A DNA stretch of 61,252 nucleotides, filler included, from Porpidia crustulata (lineage: Eukaryota): the NCBI GenBank assembly GCA_964255105.1. It is 7 parts of 7 records of this genome, joined end to end, with 100 filler letters (N's around TTAATTAATTAA, not from the genome) between each part and the next. Parts side by side here need not be neighbours in the genome. Positions count along the whole stretch, not along the records: positions 52,597 to 61,252 come from CAXUWE010001077.1; 6 more parts are not named here. One strand, 5' to 3'. The notes beneath the pieces were generated by a model. That model had not been told where the DNA came from and searched no databases. It saw only the letters and a program-made list of their open reading frames with translations. Below are positions 59,934-61,252 of this stretch, one piece after another. Numbering within the stretch: the first letter of the stretch is position 1; each line of letters starts with the position of its first letter. The position numbers and the translations under genes were made by a program.

Positions 59934-61252
59934 ATGGCTAGACGGCATGCTGAATCCATGACCATGATGTTCGGCACTTTCAACGATGACGGTCGACATC
60001 ACCAGCGTACACCAACTATACCCTTTGCCCACTCTACAAGACGGAAACCTCGAAGGTATCAACTCCGCTCTCGTAACTTATAACGCTCTGCTGATTCAAG
60101 CACAGATGGCCACTGGCATTACGCTTCATCAAAGGCGCTATACACGGCGCAATCGCCATACCTCTGCTCTTACACGCCCTCTTCGCCGCCCTCGTTGTCT
60201 TCATTGACCAGAACCTCGACAGAAACCTTGGTCTTCCTGCAAGCATTGTAATCTGACCCATTGGTTCATCGACGCAGATCGGCCAGCTAATGTCTTCGGT
60301 CTAGATCCCCAGCCTATCAATCGTGGTGGGTCTGATGCTGGTAAACGCCCGTCTTCCCTTCAATTGAACCTAATTAACTCCCCCAAGGTTTTCCGCAACC
60401 AAACTTCCTACAACCGGTTCTGGGATGGACGTAATCACCTCACGGTCATCATTACCTCTATCCGCAACCTCACTCGCTCCTTCATTATCTGCAGCCATCC
60501 CAGTTCTGCCACCAACACCACGTCCTCTGCAAGTCCTGCTGACCGCGCAGACACAGAACGCGTAATCCGTATCCTTATCGCAATACTCTACGCTACCAAA
60601 AACCACCTTCGCGCAGAATGGGGCTCGGCTATCATCCCCGGTACGGCTGTCAGCAAACACACTGGCGATGCGACTATGAAGCCTGAATACAGCGAGTTGC
60701 TACCTAAAGGCCTACAGGGCTCGGAGGATCAAGGGTTAGGACTACCACTGCAGTTGACATTTTTCGTCGAGCAGTACATCCAGCGCTGTTTCGACAAGGG
60801 CTACTTCCACGCCCCGCAGGCGAGTCAAATGCAGGTGCAATTGAACGCGCTGGTCCATGCGTACGGAAAATGCGAGACAATCAGGCTGACGCCGATCCCT
60901 GTCGCCCATCTGTACACTGCGCCGCCCGGTGGGGGGGGGGAACCCCGGCCGGGCCTTTTTTCCCCTGAAAACACTCACTCAGACCCCGCATCTTACTAAC
61001 ACCCCTCTCCACAGTATCCACCAAAAACAAGTCCTCGCCCTCTTCGGCTGCGTGCTCCCCTTCGCCCTCGTCGACGAAATGGGCTGGTGGGCCGTCCCCA
61101 TCGTCGTCCTCGTCATCTTCACCCTCTACGGCATCGACGGCATCGGCTCCCAGCTCGAGGATCCCTTTGGCTATGACAGGAACGACATCAAGATGGACGC
61201 CATCGTCGAGGACATTCGGTGCGAGATCGCCGTCCTACTCGAGGAGTGGAAG
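59934..61252 (+). CDS. Bestrophin-like / UPF0187 (YneE-type) anion-channel family protein, multi-exon, 3'-partial
   Basis: HSTRRKPR/RWPLALRFIKGAIH...IPSLSIVVGLML/VFRNQTSYNRFWDGR...ETIRLTPIPVAH...LPFALVDEMGWW...GIDGIGSQLEDPFGYDRNDI. The start codon is uncertain. Confidence 0.9.

Noticed and set aside
1..61252. tRNA, rRNA or CRISPR features; species assignment
   Set aside because: None was recognisable by eye (tRNAscan-SE or Infernal would be needed to exclude small RNAs), and the sequence alone does not let me name the organism beyond filamentous ascomycete.

Overview
Filamentous-ascomycete (Pezizomycotina-type) genomic DNA with GT-AG introns. It is not one locus: it consists of seven pieces of 8679, 8671, 8670, 8660, 8660, 8656 and 8656 bp in non-increasing length order, joined by an artificial 100-nt linker (N44-TTAATTAATTAA-N44), so gene neighbourhood is meaningful only within each piece. 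Piece 1: divergent nitrite reductase / nitrate reductase pair with GATA- and NirA-like promoter sites, plus Rrg7/DUF2034. Piece 2: a Zn2Cys6 transcription factor followed by decayed genes (2OG-Fe(II) dioxygenase relic, disrupted DUF3176 gene). Piece 3: reticulon-like gene and an Xbp1-type APSES factor. Piece 4: cct7, a VanZ-like gene and spt7. Piece 5: a PNPOx-like flavin-binding protein, DUF4202, and an unusual PD-(D/E)xK-like protein with a tandemly amplified FG-repeat tail. Piece 6: a collapsed secondary-metabolite cluster (O-methyltransferase, A-T-R carboxylic-acid reductase, SAT domain of a non-reducing PKS, all disabled) next to a TA-flanked MITE and a Mutator transposase relic. Piece 7: acetoacetyl-CoA synthetase, serine palmitoyltransferase lcb2 and a bestrophin/UPF0187 gene. 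All calls come from manual translation and motif recognition; no database search was run, and exon boundaries are approximate.
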